Origin: Auanema rhodensis
Lineage: Eukaryota; Animalia; Nematoda
Direction of reading: 5' to 3'
Length of the DNA stretch: 64,000 nt
Assembly: GCA_964057225.1 (NCBI GenBank)
Contig: OZ059900.1
Coordinates: 5,146,001 to 5,210,000 of the forward strand
A model generated the notes under the pieces. That model saw only the letters and a list, made by a program, of their open reading frames with translations. It searched no databases and was not told where the DNA came from. Positions 1-12,000 of this stretch are shown piece by piece. Each line of letters starts with the position of its first letter. The stretch's first letter is position 1. The position numbers and the translations under genes were made by a program.

Positions 1-3000
1 AAAATTTTTTTTTGGACTGTGAGCCATTCGAATGGCTTAATCCTTGAGGAAAGCTACAGCGCTGACAGATTCAATCAAGTTTAAAAAAAAAATTTTTTTT
101 TCAATTCAGATGTTGAAACTCTTTAAAAATGTGTAATAAATGTTTTGAGAGTATCGTGAAAACAAGTTGGAAAAAAAATTTTTTTTGGACTGTGAGCCAT
201 TCGCATGGCTTAATCGTTGAGGAAAGCTACAGCGCTGACAGATTCAATCAAGTTTAAAAAAAAATTTTTTTTTTCAATTCAGATGTTGAAACTCTTTAAA
301 AATGTGTAAAAAATGTTTTGAGAGTATCGTGAAAACAAGTTGGGAAAAAAATTTTTTTTTGGTCTGTGAGCCATTCGCATGGGTTAATCGTTGAGGAGAG
401 CTACAGCGCTGACAGATTCAATCAAGTTTAAAAAAAAATTTTTTTTTTCAATTCAGATGTTGAAACTCTTTAAAAATGTGTAATAAATGTTTTGAGAGTA
501 TCGTGAAAACAAGTTGGAAAAAAATTATTTTTGGTCTGTGAGCCATTCGCATGGGTTAATCGTTGAGGAGAGCTACAGCGCTGACAGATTCAATCAAGTT
601 TAAAAAAAAATTTTTTTTTTCAATTCAGATGTTGAAACTCTTTAAAAATGTGTAAAAAATGTTTTGAGAGTATCGTGAAAACAAGTTGGGAAAAAAATTT
701 TTTTGGGACTTGGAAATTTTTTTTGGACTGTGAGCCATTCGCATGGCTTAATCGTTGAGGAGAGCTACAGCGCTGACAGATTCAATCAAGTTTAAAAAAA
801 AATTTTTTTTTTCAATTCAGATGTTGAAACTCTTTAAAAATGTGTAATAAATGTTTTGAGAGTATCGTGAAAACAAGTTGGAAAAAAATTTTTTTTTGGT
901 CTGTGAGCCATTCGCATGGGTTAATCGTTGAGGAGAGCTACAGCGCTGACAGATTCAATCAAGTTTAAAAAAAAATTTTTTTTTCAATTCAGATGTTGAA
1001 ACTCTTTAAAAATGTGTAAAAAATGTTTTGAGAGTATCGTGAAAACAAGTTGGGGAAAAAATTTTTTTGGGACTTGAAAATTTTTTTTGGTCTGTGAGAA
1101 ATTCGCATGGGTTAATCGTTGAGGAGAGCTACAGCGCTGACAGATTCAATCAAGTTTAAAAAAAATTTTTTTTTTTCAATTCAGATGTTGAAACTCTTTA
1201 AAAATGTGTAATAAATGTTTTGAGAGTATCGTGAAAACAAGTTGGAAAAAAATTTTTTTTTGGACTGTGAGCCATTCGAATGGCTTAATCCTTGAGGAAA
1301 GCTACAGCGCTGACAGATTCAATCAAGTTTAAAAAAAAAATTTTTTTTTTTAATTCAGATGTTGAAACTCTTTAAAAAGGTGTAATAAATGTTTTGAGAG
1401 TATCGTGAAAACCAGTTGGGGAAAAAATTTTTTTGGGACTTGAAAATTTTTTTTGGTCTGTGAGAAATTCGCATGGGTTAATCGTTGAGGAGAGCTACAG
1501 CGCTGACAGATTCAATCAAGTTTAAAAAAAAATTTTTTTTTTCAATTCAGATGTTGAAACTCTTTAAAAATGTGTAATAAATGTTTTGAGAGTATCGTGA
1601 AAACAAGTTGGAAAAAAATTTTTTTTTGGACTGTGAGCCATTCGAATGGCTTAATCCTTGAGGAAAGCTACAGCGCTGACAGATTCAATCAAGTTTAAAA
1701 AAAAAATTTTTTTTTCAATTCAGATGTTGAAACTCTTTAAAAATGTGTAATAAATGTTTTGAGAGTATCGTGAAAACAAGTTGGAAAAAAATTTTTTTTT
1801 GGTCTGTGAGCCATTCGCATGGGTTAATCGTTGAGGAGAGCTACAGCGCTGACAGATTCAATGAAGTTTAAAAAAAAAATTTTTTTTTCAATTCAGATGT
1901 TGAAACTCTTTAAAAATGTGTAAAAAATGTTTTGAGAGTATCGTGAAAACAAGTTGGGAAAAAAATTTTTTTGGGACTTGAAAATTTTTTTTGGTCTGTG
2001 AGAAATTCGCATGGGTTAATCGTTGAGGAGAGCTACAGCGCTGACAGATTCAATCAAGTTTAAAAAAAAATTTTTTTTTTCAATTCAGATGTTGAAACTC
2101 TTTAAAAATGTGTAATAAATGTTTTGAGAGTATCGTGAAAACAAGTTGGAAAAAAATTTTTTTTTGGACTGTGAGCCATTCGAATGGCTTAATCCTTGAG
2201 GAAAGCTACAGCGCTGACAGATTCAATCAAGTTTAAAAAAAAAATTTTTTTTTCAATTCAGATGTTGAAACTCTTTAAAAATGTGTAATAAATGTTTTGA
2301 GAGTATCGTGAAAACAAGTTGGAAAAAAAATTTTTTTTGGACTGTGAGCCATTCGCATGGCTTAATCGTTGAGGAAAGCTACAGCGCTGACAGATTCAAT
2401 CAAGTTTAAAAAAAAAATTTTTTTTTCAATTCAGATGTTGAAACTCTTTAAAAATGTGTAAAAAATGTTTTGAGAGTATCGTGAAAACAAGTTGGGAAAA
2501 AAATTTTTTTTTGGTCTGTGAGCCATTCGCATGGGTTAATCGTTGAGGAGAGCTACAGCGCTGACAGATTCAATCAAGTTTAAAAAAAAATTTTTTTTTT
2601 CAATTCAGATGTTGAAACTCTTTAAAAATGTGTAATAAATGTTTTGAGAGTATCGTGAAAACAAGTTGGAAAAAAATTATTTTTGGTCTGTGAGCCATTC
2701 GCATGGGTTAATCGTTGAGGAGAGCTACAGCGCTGACAGATTCAATCAAGTTTAAAAAAAAATTTTTTTTTTCAATTCAGATGTTGAAACTCTTTAAAAA
2801 TGTGTAAAAAATGTTTTGAGAGTATCGTGAAAACAAGTTGGGAAAAAAATTTTTTTGGGACTTGGAAATTTTTTTTGGACTGTGAGCCATTCGCATGGCT
2901 TAATCGTTGAGCAGAGCTACAGCGCTGACAGATTCAATCAAGTTTAAAAAAAAATTTTTTTTTTCAATTCAGATGTTGAAACTCTTTAAAAATGTGTAAT

Positions 3001-6000
3001 AAATGTTTTGAGAGTATCGTGAAAACAAGTTGGAAAAAAATTTTTTTTTGGTCTGTGAGCCATTCGCATGGGTTAATCGTTGAGGAGAGCTACAGCGCTG
3101 ACAGATTCAATCAAGTTTAAAAAAAAATTTTTTTTTCAATTCAGATGTTGAAACTCTTTAAAAATGTGTAAAAAATGTTTTGAGAGTATCGTGAAAACAA
3201 GTTGGGGAAAAAATTTTTTTGGGACTTGAAAATTTTTTTTGGTCTGTGAGAAATTCGCATGGGTTAATCGTTGAGGAGAGCTACAGCGCTGACAGATTCA
3301 ATCAAGTTTAAAAAAAATTTTTTTTTTTCAATTCAGATGTTGAAACTCTTTAAAAATGTGTAATAAATGTTTTGAGAGTATCGTGAAAACAAGTTGGAAA
3401 AAAAATTTTTTTTGGACTGTGAGCCATTCGAATGGCTTAATCCTTGAGGAAAGCTACAGCGCTGACAGATTCAATCAAGTTTAAAAAAAAAATTTTTTTT
3501 TCAATTCAGATGTTGAAACTCTTTAAAAATGTGTAATAAATGTTTTGAGAGTATCGTGAAAACAAGTTGGAAAAAAATTTTTTTTTGGACTGTGAGCCAT
3601 TCGCATGGCTTAATCCTTGAGGAAAGCTACAGCGCTGACAGATTCAATCAAGTTTAAAAAAAAAATTTTTTTTTTTAATTCAGATGTTGAAACTCTTTAA
3701 AAAGGTGTAATAAATGTTTTGAGAGTATCGTGAAAACCAGTTGGGGAAAAAATTTTTTTGGGACTTGAAAATTTTTTTTGGTCTGTGAGAAATTCGCATG
3801 GGTTAATCGTTGAGGAGAGCTACAGCGCTGACAGATTCAATCAAGTTTAAAAAAAAATTTTTTTTTTCAATTCAGATGTTGAAACTCTTTAAAAATGTGT
3901 AATAAATGTTTTGAGAGTATCGTGAAAACAAGTTGGAAAAAAATTTTTTTTTGGACTGTGAGCCATTCGAATGGCTTAATCCTTGAGGAAAGCTACAGCG
4001 CTGACAGATTCAATCAAGTTTAAAAAAAAAATTTTTTTTTCAATTCAGATGTTGAAACTCTTTAAAAATGTGTAATAAATGTTTTGAGAGTATCGTGAAA
4101 ACAAGTTGGAAAAAAATTTTTTTTTGGACTGTGAGCCATTCGCATGGCTTAATCCTTGAGGAAAGCTACAGCGCTGACAGATTCAATCAAGTTTAAAAAA
4201 AAAATTTTTTTTTTTAATTCAGATGTTGAAACTCTTTAAAAAGGTGTAATAAATGTTTTGAGAGTATCGTGAAAACCAGTTGGAAAAAAAATTTTTTTGG
4301 ACTGTGAGCCATTCGCATGGCTTAATCGTTGAGGAAAGCTACAGCGCTGACAGATTCAATCAAGTTTAAAAAAAAAATTTTTTTTTCAATTCAGATGTTG
4401 AAACTCTTTAAAAATGTGTAAAAAATGTTTTGAGAGTATCGTGAAAACAAGTTGGGAAAAAAATTTTTTTTTGGTCTGTGAGCCATTCGCATGGGTTAAT
4501 CGTTGAGGAGAGCTACAGCGCTGACAGATTCAATCAAGTTTAAAAAAAAATTTTTTTTTTCAATTCAGATGTTGAAACTCTTTAAAAATGTGTAATAAAT
4601 GTTTTGAGAGTATCGTGAAAACAAGTTGGAAAAAAATTATTTTTGGTCTGTGAGCCATTCGCATGGGTTAATCGTTGAGGAGAGCTACAGCGCTGACAGA
4701 TTCAATCAAGTTTAAAAAAAAAATTTTTTTTTCAATTCAGATGTTGAAACTCTTTAAAAATGTGTAAAAAATGTTTTGAGAGTATCGTGAAAACAAGTTG
4801 GGAAAAAAATTTTTTTGGGACTTGGAAATTTTTTTTGGACTGTGAGCCATTCGCATGGCTTAATCGTTGAGGAGAGCTACAGCGCTGACAGATTCAATCA
4901 AGTTTAAAAAAAATTTTTTTTTTCAATTCAGATGTTGAAACTCTTTAAAAATGTGTAATAAATGTTTTGAGAGTATCGTGAAAACAAGTTGGAAAAAAAT
5001 TTTTTTTTGGTCTGTGAGAAATTCGCATGGGTTAATCGTTGAGGAGAGCTACAGCGCTGACAGATTCAATCAAGTTTAAAAAAAAATTTTTTTTTTCAAT
5101 TCAGATGTTGAAACTCTTTAAAAATGTGTAATAAATGTTTTGAGAGTATCGTGAAAACAAGTTGGAAAAAAATTTTTTTTTGGACTGTGAGCCATTCGAA
5201 TGGCTTAATCCTTGAGGAAAGCTACAGCGCTGACAGATTCAATCAAGTTTAAAAAAAAAATTTTTTTTTCAATTCAGATGTTGAAACTCTTTAAAAATGT
5301 GTAATAAATGTTTTGAGAGTATCGTGAAAACAAGTTGGAAAAAAAATTTTTTTTGGACTGTGAGCCATTCGCATGGCTTAATCCTTGAGGAAAGCTACAG
5401 CGCTGACAGATTCAATCAAGTTTAAAAAAAAAATTTTTTTTTTAATTCAGATGTTGAAACTCTTTAAAAAGGTGTAATAAATGTTTTGAGAGTATCGTGA
5501 AAACCAGTTGGAAAAAAAATTTTTTTTGGACTGTGAGCCATTCGCATGGCTTAATCGTTGAGGAAAGCTACAGCGCTGACAGATTCAATCAAGTTTTAAA
5601 AAAAAATTTTTTTTTCAATTCAGATGTTGAAACTCTTTAAAAATGTGTAAAAAATGTTTTGAGAGTATCGTGAAAACAAGTTGGGAAAAAAATTTTTTTT
5701 TGGTCTGTGAGCCATTCGCATGGGTTAATCGTTGAGGAGAGCTACAGCGCTGACAGATTCAATCAAGTTTAAAAAAAAATTTTTTTTTTCAATTCAGATG
5801 TTGAAACTCTTTAAAAATGTGTAAAAAATGTTTTGAGAGTATCGTGAAAACAAGTTGGGAAAAAAATTTTTTTGGGACTTGGAAATTTTTTTTGGACTGT
5901 GAGCCATTCGCATGGCTTAATCCTTGAGGAAAGCTACAGCGCTGACAGATTCAATCAAGTTTAAAAAAAAATTTTTTTTTTCAATTCAGATGTTGAAACT

Positions 6001-9000
6001 CTTTAAAAATGTGTAATAAATGTTTTGAGAGTATCGTGAAAACAAGTTGGAAAAAAATTTTTTTTTGGACTGTGAGCCATTCGCATGGCTTAATCCTTGA
6101 GGAAAGCTACAGCGCTGACAGATTCAATCAAGTTTTAAAAAAAAATTTTTTTTTCAATTCAGATGTTGAAACTCTTTAAAAATGTGTAATAAATGTTTTG
6201 AGAGTATCGTGAAAACAAGTTGGAAAAACATTTTTTTGGGACTTGGAAATTTTTTTTGGTCTGTGAGCCATTCGCATGGCTTAATCGTTGAGGAGAGCTA
6301 CAGCGCTGACAGATTCAATCAAGTTTAAAAAAAAAATTTTTTTTTCAATTCAGATGTTGAAACTCTTTAAAAATGTGTAAAAAATGTTTTGAGAGTATCG
6401 TGAAAACAAGTTGGGAAAAAAATTTTTTTGCGACTTGGAAATTTTTTTTGGACTGTGAGCCATTCGCATGGCTTAATCCTTGAGGAGAGCTACAGCGCTG
6501 ACAGATTCAATCAAGTTTAAAAAAAAATTTTTTTTTTCAATTCAGATGTTGAAACTCTTTAAAAATGTGTAATAAATGTTTTGAGAGTATCGTGAAAACA
6601 AGTTGGAAAAAAATTTTTTTTTGGACTGTGAGCCATTCGCATGGCTTAATCCTTGAGGAAAGCTACAGCGCTGACAGATTCAATCAAGTTTAAAAAAAAA
6701 ATTTTTTTTTCAATTCAGATGTTGAAACTCTTTAAAAATGTGTAAAAAATGTTTTGAGAGTATCGTGAAAACAAGTTGGGAAAAAAATTTTTTTGGGACT
6801 TGGAAATTTTTTTTGGACTGTGAGCCATTCGCATGGCTTAATCCTTGAGGAGAGCTACAGCGCTGACAGATTCAATCAAGTTTAAAAAAAAATTTTTTTT
6901 TTCAATTCAGATGTTGAAACTCTTTAAAAATGTGTAATAAATGTTTTGAGAGTATCGTGAAAACAAGTTGGAAAAAAATTTTTTTTTGGTCTGTGAGCCA
7001 TTCGCATGGGTTAATCGTTGAGGAGAGCTACAGCGCTGACAGATTCAATCAAGTTTAAAAAAAAAATTTTTTTTTCAATTCAGATGTTGAAACTCTTTAA
7101 AAATGTGTAAAAAATGTTTTGAGAGTATCGTGAAAACAAGTTGGGAAAAAAATTTTTTTGGGACTTGGAAATTTTTTTTGGACTGTGAGCCATTCGCATG
7201 GCTTAATCGTTGAGGAGAGCTACAGCGCTGACAGATTCAATCAAGTTTAAAAAAAAATTTTTTTTTTCAATTCAGATGTTGAAACTCTTTAAAAATGTGT
7301 AATAAATGTTTTGAGAGTATCGTGAAAACAAGTTGGAAAAACATTTTTTTTTGGACTGTGAGCCATTCGCATGGCTTAATCCTTGAGGAGAGCTACAGCG
7401 CTGACAGATTCAATCAAGTTTAAAAAAAAATTTTTTTTTTCAATTCAGATGTTGAAACTCTTTAAAAATGTGTAATAAATGTTTTGAGAGTATCGTGAAA
7501 ACAAGTTGGAAAAAAATTTTTTTTTGGTCTGTGAGCCATTCGCATGGGTTAATCGTTGAGGAGAGCTACAGCGCTGACAGATTCAATCAAGTTTAAAAAA
7601 AAAATTTTTTTTTCAATTCAGATGTTGAAACTCTTTAAAAATGTGTAAAAAATGTTTTGAGAGTATCGTGAAAACAAGTTGGAAAAAAATTTTTTTTTGG
7701 ACTGTGAGCCATTCGCATGGCTTAATCCTTGAGGAAAGCTACAACGCTGACAGATTCAATCAAGTTTAAAAAAAAAAATTTTTTTTCAATTCAGATGTTG
7801 AAACTCTTTAAAAATGTGTAATAAATGTTTTGAGAGTATCGTGAAAACAAGTTGGAAAAAAAATTTTTTTTGGACTGTGAGCCATTCGCATGGCTTAATC
7901 CTTGAGGAAAGCTACAGCGCTGACAGATTCAATCAAGTTTAAAAAAAAATTTTTTTTTTTTAATTCAGATGTTGAAACTCTTTAAAAAGGTGTAATAAAT
8001 GTTTTGAGAGTATCGTGAAAACCAGTTGGAAAAAAAATTTTTTTTGGACTGTGAGCCATTCGCATGGCTTAATCGTTGAGGAAAGCTACAGCGCTGACAG
8101 ATTCAATCAAGTTTAAAAAAAAAAATTTTTTTTTCAATTCAGATGTTGAAACTCTTTAAAAATGTGTAAAAAATGTTTTGAGAGTATCGTGAAAACAAGT
8201 TGGGAAAAAAATTTTTTTTTGGTCTGTGAGCCATTCGCATGGGTTAATCGTTGAGGAGAGCTACAGCGCTGACAGATTCAATCAAGTTTAAAAAAAAAAT
8301 TTTTTTTTCAATTCAGATGTTGAAACTCTTTAAAAATGTGTAAAAAATGTTTTGAGAGTATCGTGAAAACAAGTTGGGAAAAAAATTTTTTTGGGACTTG
8401 GAAATTTTTTTTGGACTGTGAGCCATTCGCATGGCTTAATCCTTGAGGAAAGCTACAGCGCTGACAGATTCAATCAAGTTTAAAAAAAAAATTTTTTTTT
8501 TAATTCAGATGTTGAAACTCTTTAAAAAGGTGTAATAAATGTTTTGAGAGTATCGTGAAAACCAGTTGGAAAAAAAATTTTTTTTGGACTGTGAGCCATT
8601 CGCATGGCTTAATCGTTGAGGAAAGCTACAGCGCTGACAGATTCAATCAAGTTTAAAAAAAAAATTTTTTTTTCAATTCAGATGTTGAAACTCTTTAAAA
8701 ATGTGTAAAAAATGTTTTGAGAGTATCGTGAAAACAAGTTGGGAAAAAAAATTTTTTTTGGACTGTGAGCCATTCGCATGGCTTAATCCTTGAGGAAAGC
8801 TACAGCGCTGACAGATTCAATCAAGTTAAAAAAAAAATTTTTTTTTTCAATTCAGATGTTGAAACTCTTTAAAAATGTGTAATAAATGTTTTGAGAGTAT
8901 CGTGAAAACAAGTTGGAAAAAAATTTTTTTTTGGACTGTGAGCCATTCGCATGGCTTAATCCTTGAGGAAAGCTACAGCGCTGACAGATTCAATCAAGTT

Positions 9001-12000
9001 TAAAAAAAAATTTTTTTTTTTAATTCAGATGTTGAAACTCTTTAAAAAGGTGTAATAAATGTTTTGAGAGTATCGTGAAAACCAGTTGGAAAAAAAATTT
9101 TTTTGGACTGTGAGCCATTCGCATGGCTTAATCGTTGAGGAAAGCTACAGCGCTGACAGATTCAATCAAGTTTAAAAAAAAATTTTTTTTTTTTAATTCA
9201 GATGTTGAAACTCTTTAAAAAGGTGTAATAAATGTTTTGAGAGTATCGTGAAAACCAGTTGGAAAAAAAATTTTTTTGGACTGTGAGCCATTCGCATGGC
9301 TTAATCGTTGAGGAAAGCTACAGCGCTGACAGATTCAATCAAGTTTAAAAAAAAAAATTTTTTTTCAATTCAGATGTTGAAACTCTTTAAAAATGTGTAA
9401 AAAATGTTTTGAGAGTATCGTGAAAACAAGTTGGAAAAAAATTTTTTTTTGGACTGTGAGCCATTCGCATGGCTTAATCCTTGAGGAAAGCTACAGCGCT
9501 GACAGATTCAATCAAGTTTAAAAAAAAAAATTTTTTTTTCAATTCAGATGTTGAAACTCTTTAAAAATGTGTAATAAATGTTTTGAGAGTATCGTGAAAA
9601 CAAGTTGGAAAAAAATTTTTTTTTGGACTGTGAGCCATTCGCATGGCTTAATCCTTGAGGAAAGCTACAGCGCTGACAGATTCAATCAAGTTTAAAAAAA
9701 AATTTTTTTTTTTTAATTCAGATGTTGAAACTCTTTAAAAAGGTGTAATAAATGTTTTGAGAGTATCGTGAAAACCAGTTGGAAAAAAAATTTTTTTTGG
9801 ACTGTGAGCCATTCGCATGGCTTAATCGTTGAGGAAAGCTACAGCGCTGACAGATTCAATCAAGTTTAAAAAAAAAATTTTTTTTTCAATTCAGATGTTG
9901 AAACTCTTTAAAAATGTGTAAAAAATGTTTTGAGAGTATCGTGAAAACAAGTTGGGAAAAAAAATTTTTTTTGGTCTGTGAGCCATTCGCATGGGTTAAT
10001 CGTTGAGGAGAGCTACAGCGCTGACAGATTCAATCAAGTTTAAAAAAAAAAATTTTTTTTTCAATTCAGATGTTGAAACTCTTTAAAAATGTGTAAAAAA
10101 TGTTTTGAGCGTATCGTGAAAACAAGTTGGGAAAAAAATTTTTTTGGGACTTGGAAATTTTTTTTGGACTGTGAGCCATTCGCATGGCTTAATCCTTGAG
10201 GAAAGCTACAGCGCTGACAGATTCAATCAAGTTTAAAAAAAAAATTTTTTTTTCAATTCAGATGTTGAAACTCTTTAAAAATGTGTAATAAATGTTTTGA
10301 GAGTATCGTGAAAACAAGTTGGAAAAAAATTTTTTTTTGGACTGTGAGCCATTCGCATGGCTTAATCCTTGAGGAAAGCTACAGCGCTGACAGATTCAAT
10401 CAAGTTTAAAAAAAAAATTTTTTTTTTAATTCAGATGTTGAAACTCTTTAAAAAGGTGTAATAAATGTTTTGAGAGTATCGTGAAAACCAGTTGGAAAAA
10501 AAATTTTTTTGGACTGTGAGCCATTCGCATGGCTTAATCGTTGAGGAAAGCTACAGCGCTGACAGATTCAATCAAGTTTAAAAAAAAAATTTTTTTTTTT
10601 AATTCAGATGTTGAAACTCTTTAAAAAGGTGTAATAAATGTTTTGAGAGTATCGTGAAAACCAGTTGGAAAAAAATATTTTTGGACTGTGAGCCATTCGC
10701 ATGGCTTAATCGTTGAGGAAAGCTACAGCGCTGACAGATTCAATCAAGTTTAAAAAAAAAATTTTTTTTTCAATTCAGATGTTGAAACTCTTTAAAAATG
10801 TGTAAAAAATGTTTTGAGAGTATCGTGAAAACAAGTTGGGAAAAAAATTTTTTTTTGGTCTGTGAGCCATTCGCATGGGTTAATCGTTGAGGAGAGCTAC
10901 AGCGCTGACAGATTCAATCAAGTTTAAAAAAAAAATTTTTTTTTCAATTCAGATGTTGAAACTCTTTAAAAATGTGTAAAAAATGTTTTGAGAGTATCGT
11001 GAAAACAAGTTGGGAAAAAAATTTTTTTGGGACTTGGAAATTTTTTTTGGACTGTGAGCCATTCGCATGGCTTAATCCTTGAGGAAAGCTACAGCGCTGA
11101 CAGATTCAATCAAGTTAAAAAAAAAATTTTTTTTTTCAATTCAGATGTTGAAACTCTTTAAAAATGTGTAATAAATGTTTTGAGAGTATCGTGAAAACAA
11201 GTTGGAAAAAAATTTTTTTTTGGACTGTGAGCCATTCGCATGGCTTAATCCTTGAGGAAAGCTACAGCGCTGACAGATTCAATCAAGTTTAAAAAAAAAA
11301 TTTTTTTTTTAATTCAGATGTTGAAACTCTTTAAAAAGGTGTAATAAATGTTTTGAGAGTATCGTGAAAACCAGTTGGAAAAAAAATTTTTTTGGACTGT
11401 GAGCCATTCGCATGGCTTAATCGTTGAGGAAAGCTACAGCGCTGACAGATTCAATCAAGTTTAAAAAAAAAATTTTTTTTTTTAATTCAGATGTTGAAAC
11501 TCTTTAAAAAGGTGTAATAAATGTTTTGAGAGTATCGTGAAAACCAGTTGGAAAAAAAATTTTTTTGGACTGTGAGCCATTCGCATGGCTTAATCGTTGA
11601 GGAAAGCTACAGCGCTGACAGATTCAATCAAGTTTAAAAAAAAAATTTTTTTTTCAATTCAGATGTTGAAACTCTTTAAAAATGTGTAAAAAATGTTTTG
11701 AGAGTATCGTGAAAACAAGTTGGGAAAAAAATTTTTTTTTGGTCTGTGAGCCATTCGCATGGGTTAATCGTTGAGGAGAGCTACAGCGCTGACAGATTCA
11801 ATCAAGTTTAAAAAAAAATTTTTTTTTCAATTCAGATGTTGAAACTCTTTAAAAATGTGTAAAAAATGTTTTGAGAGTATCGTGAAAACAAGTTGGAAAA
11901 AAATTTTTTTTTGGACTGTGAGCCATTCGCATGGCTTGATCCTTGAGGAAAGCTACAGCGCTGACAGATTCAATCAAGTTTAAAAAAAAAAATTTTTTTT

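Noticed and set aside
199-216. Possible CENP-B box (TTCG...CG)
   Set aside because: It lacks the required A and CGGG positions of the TTCGNNNNANNCGGG pattern.
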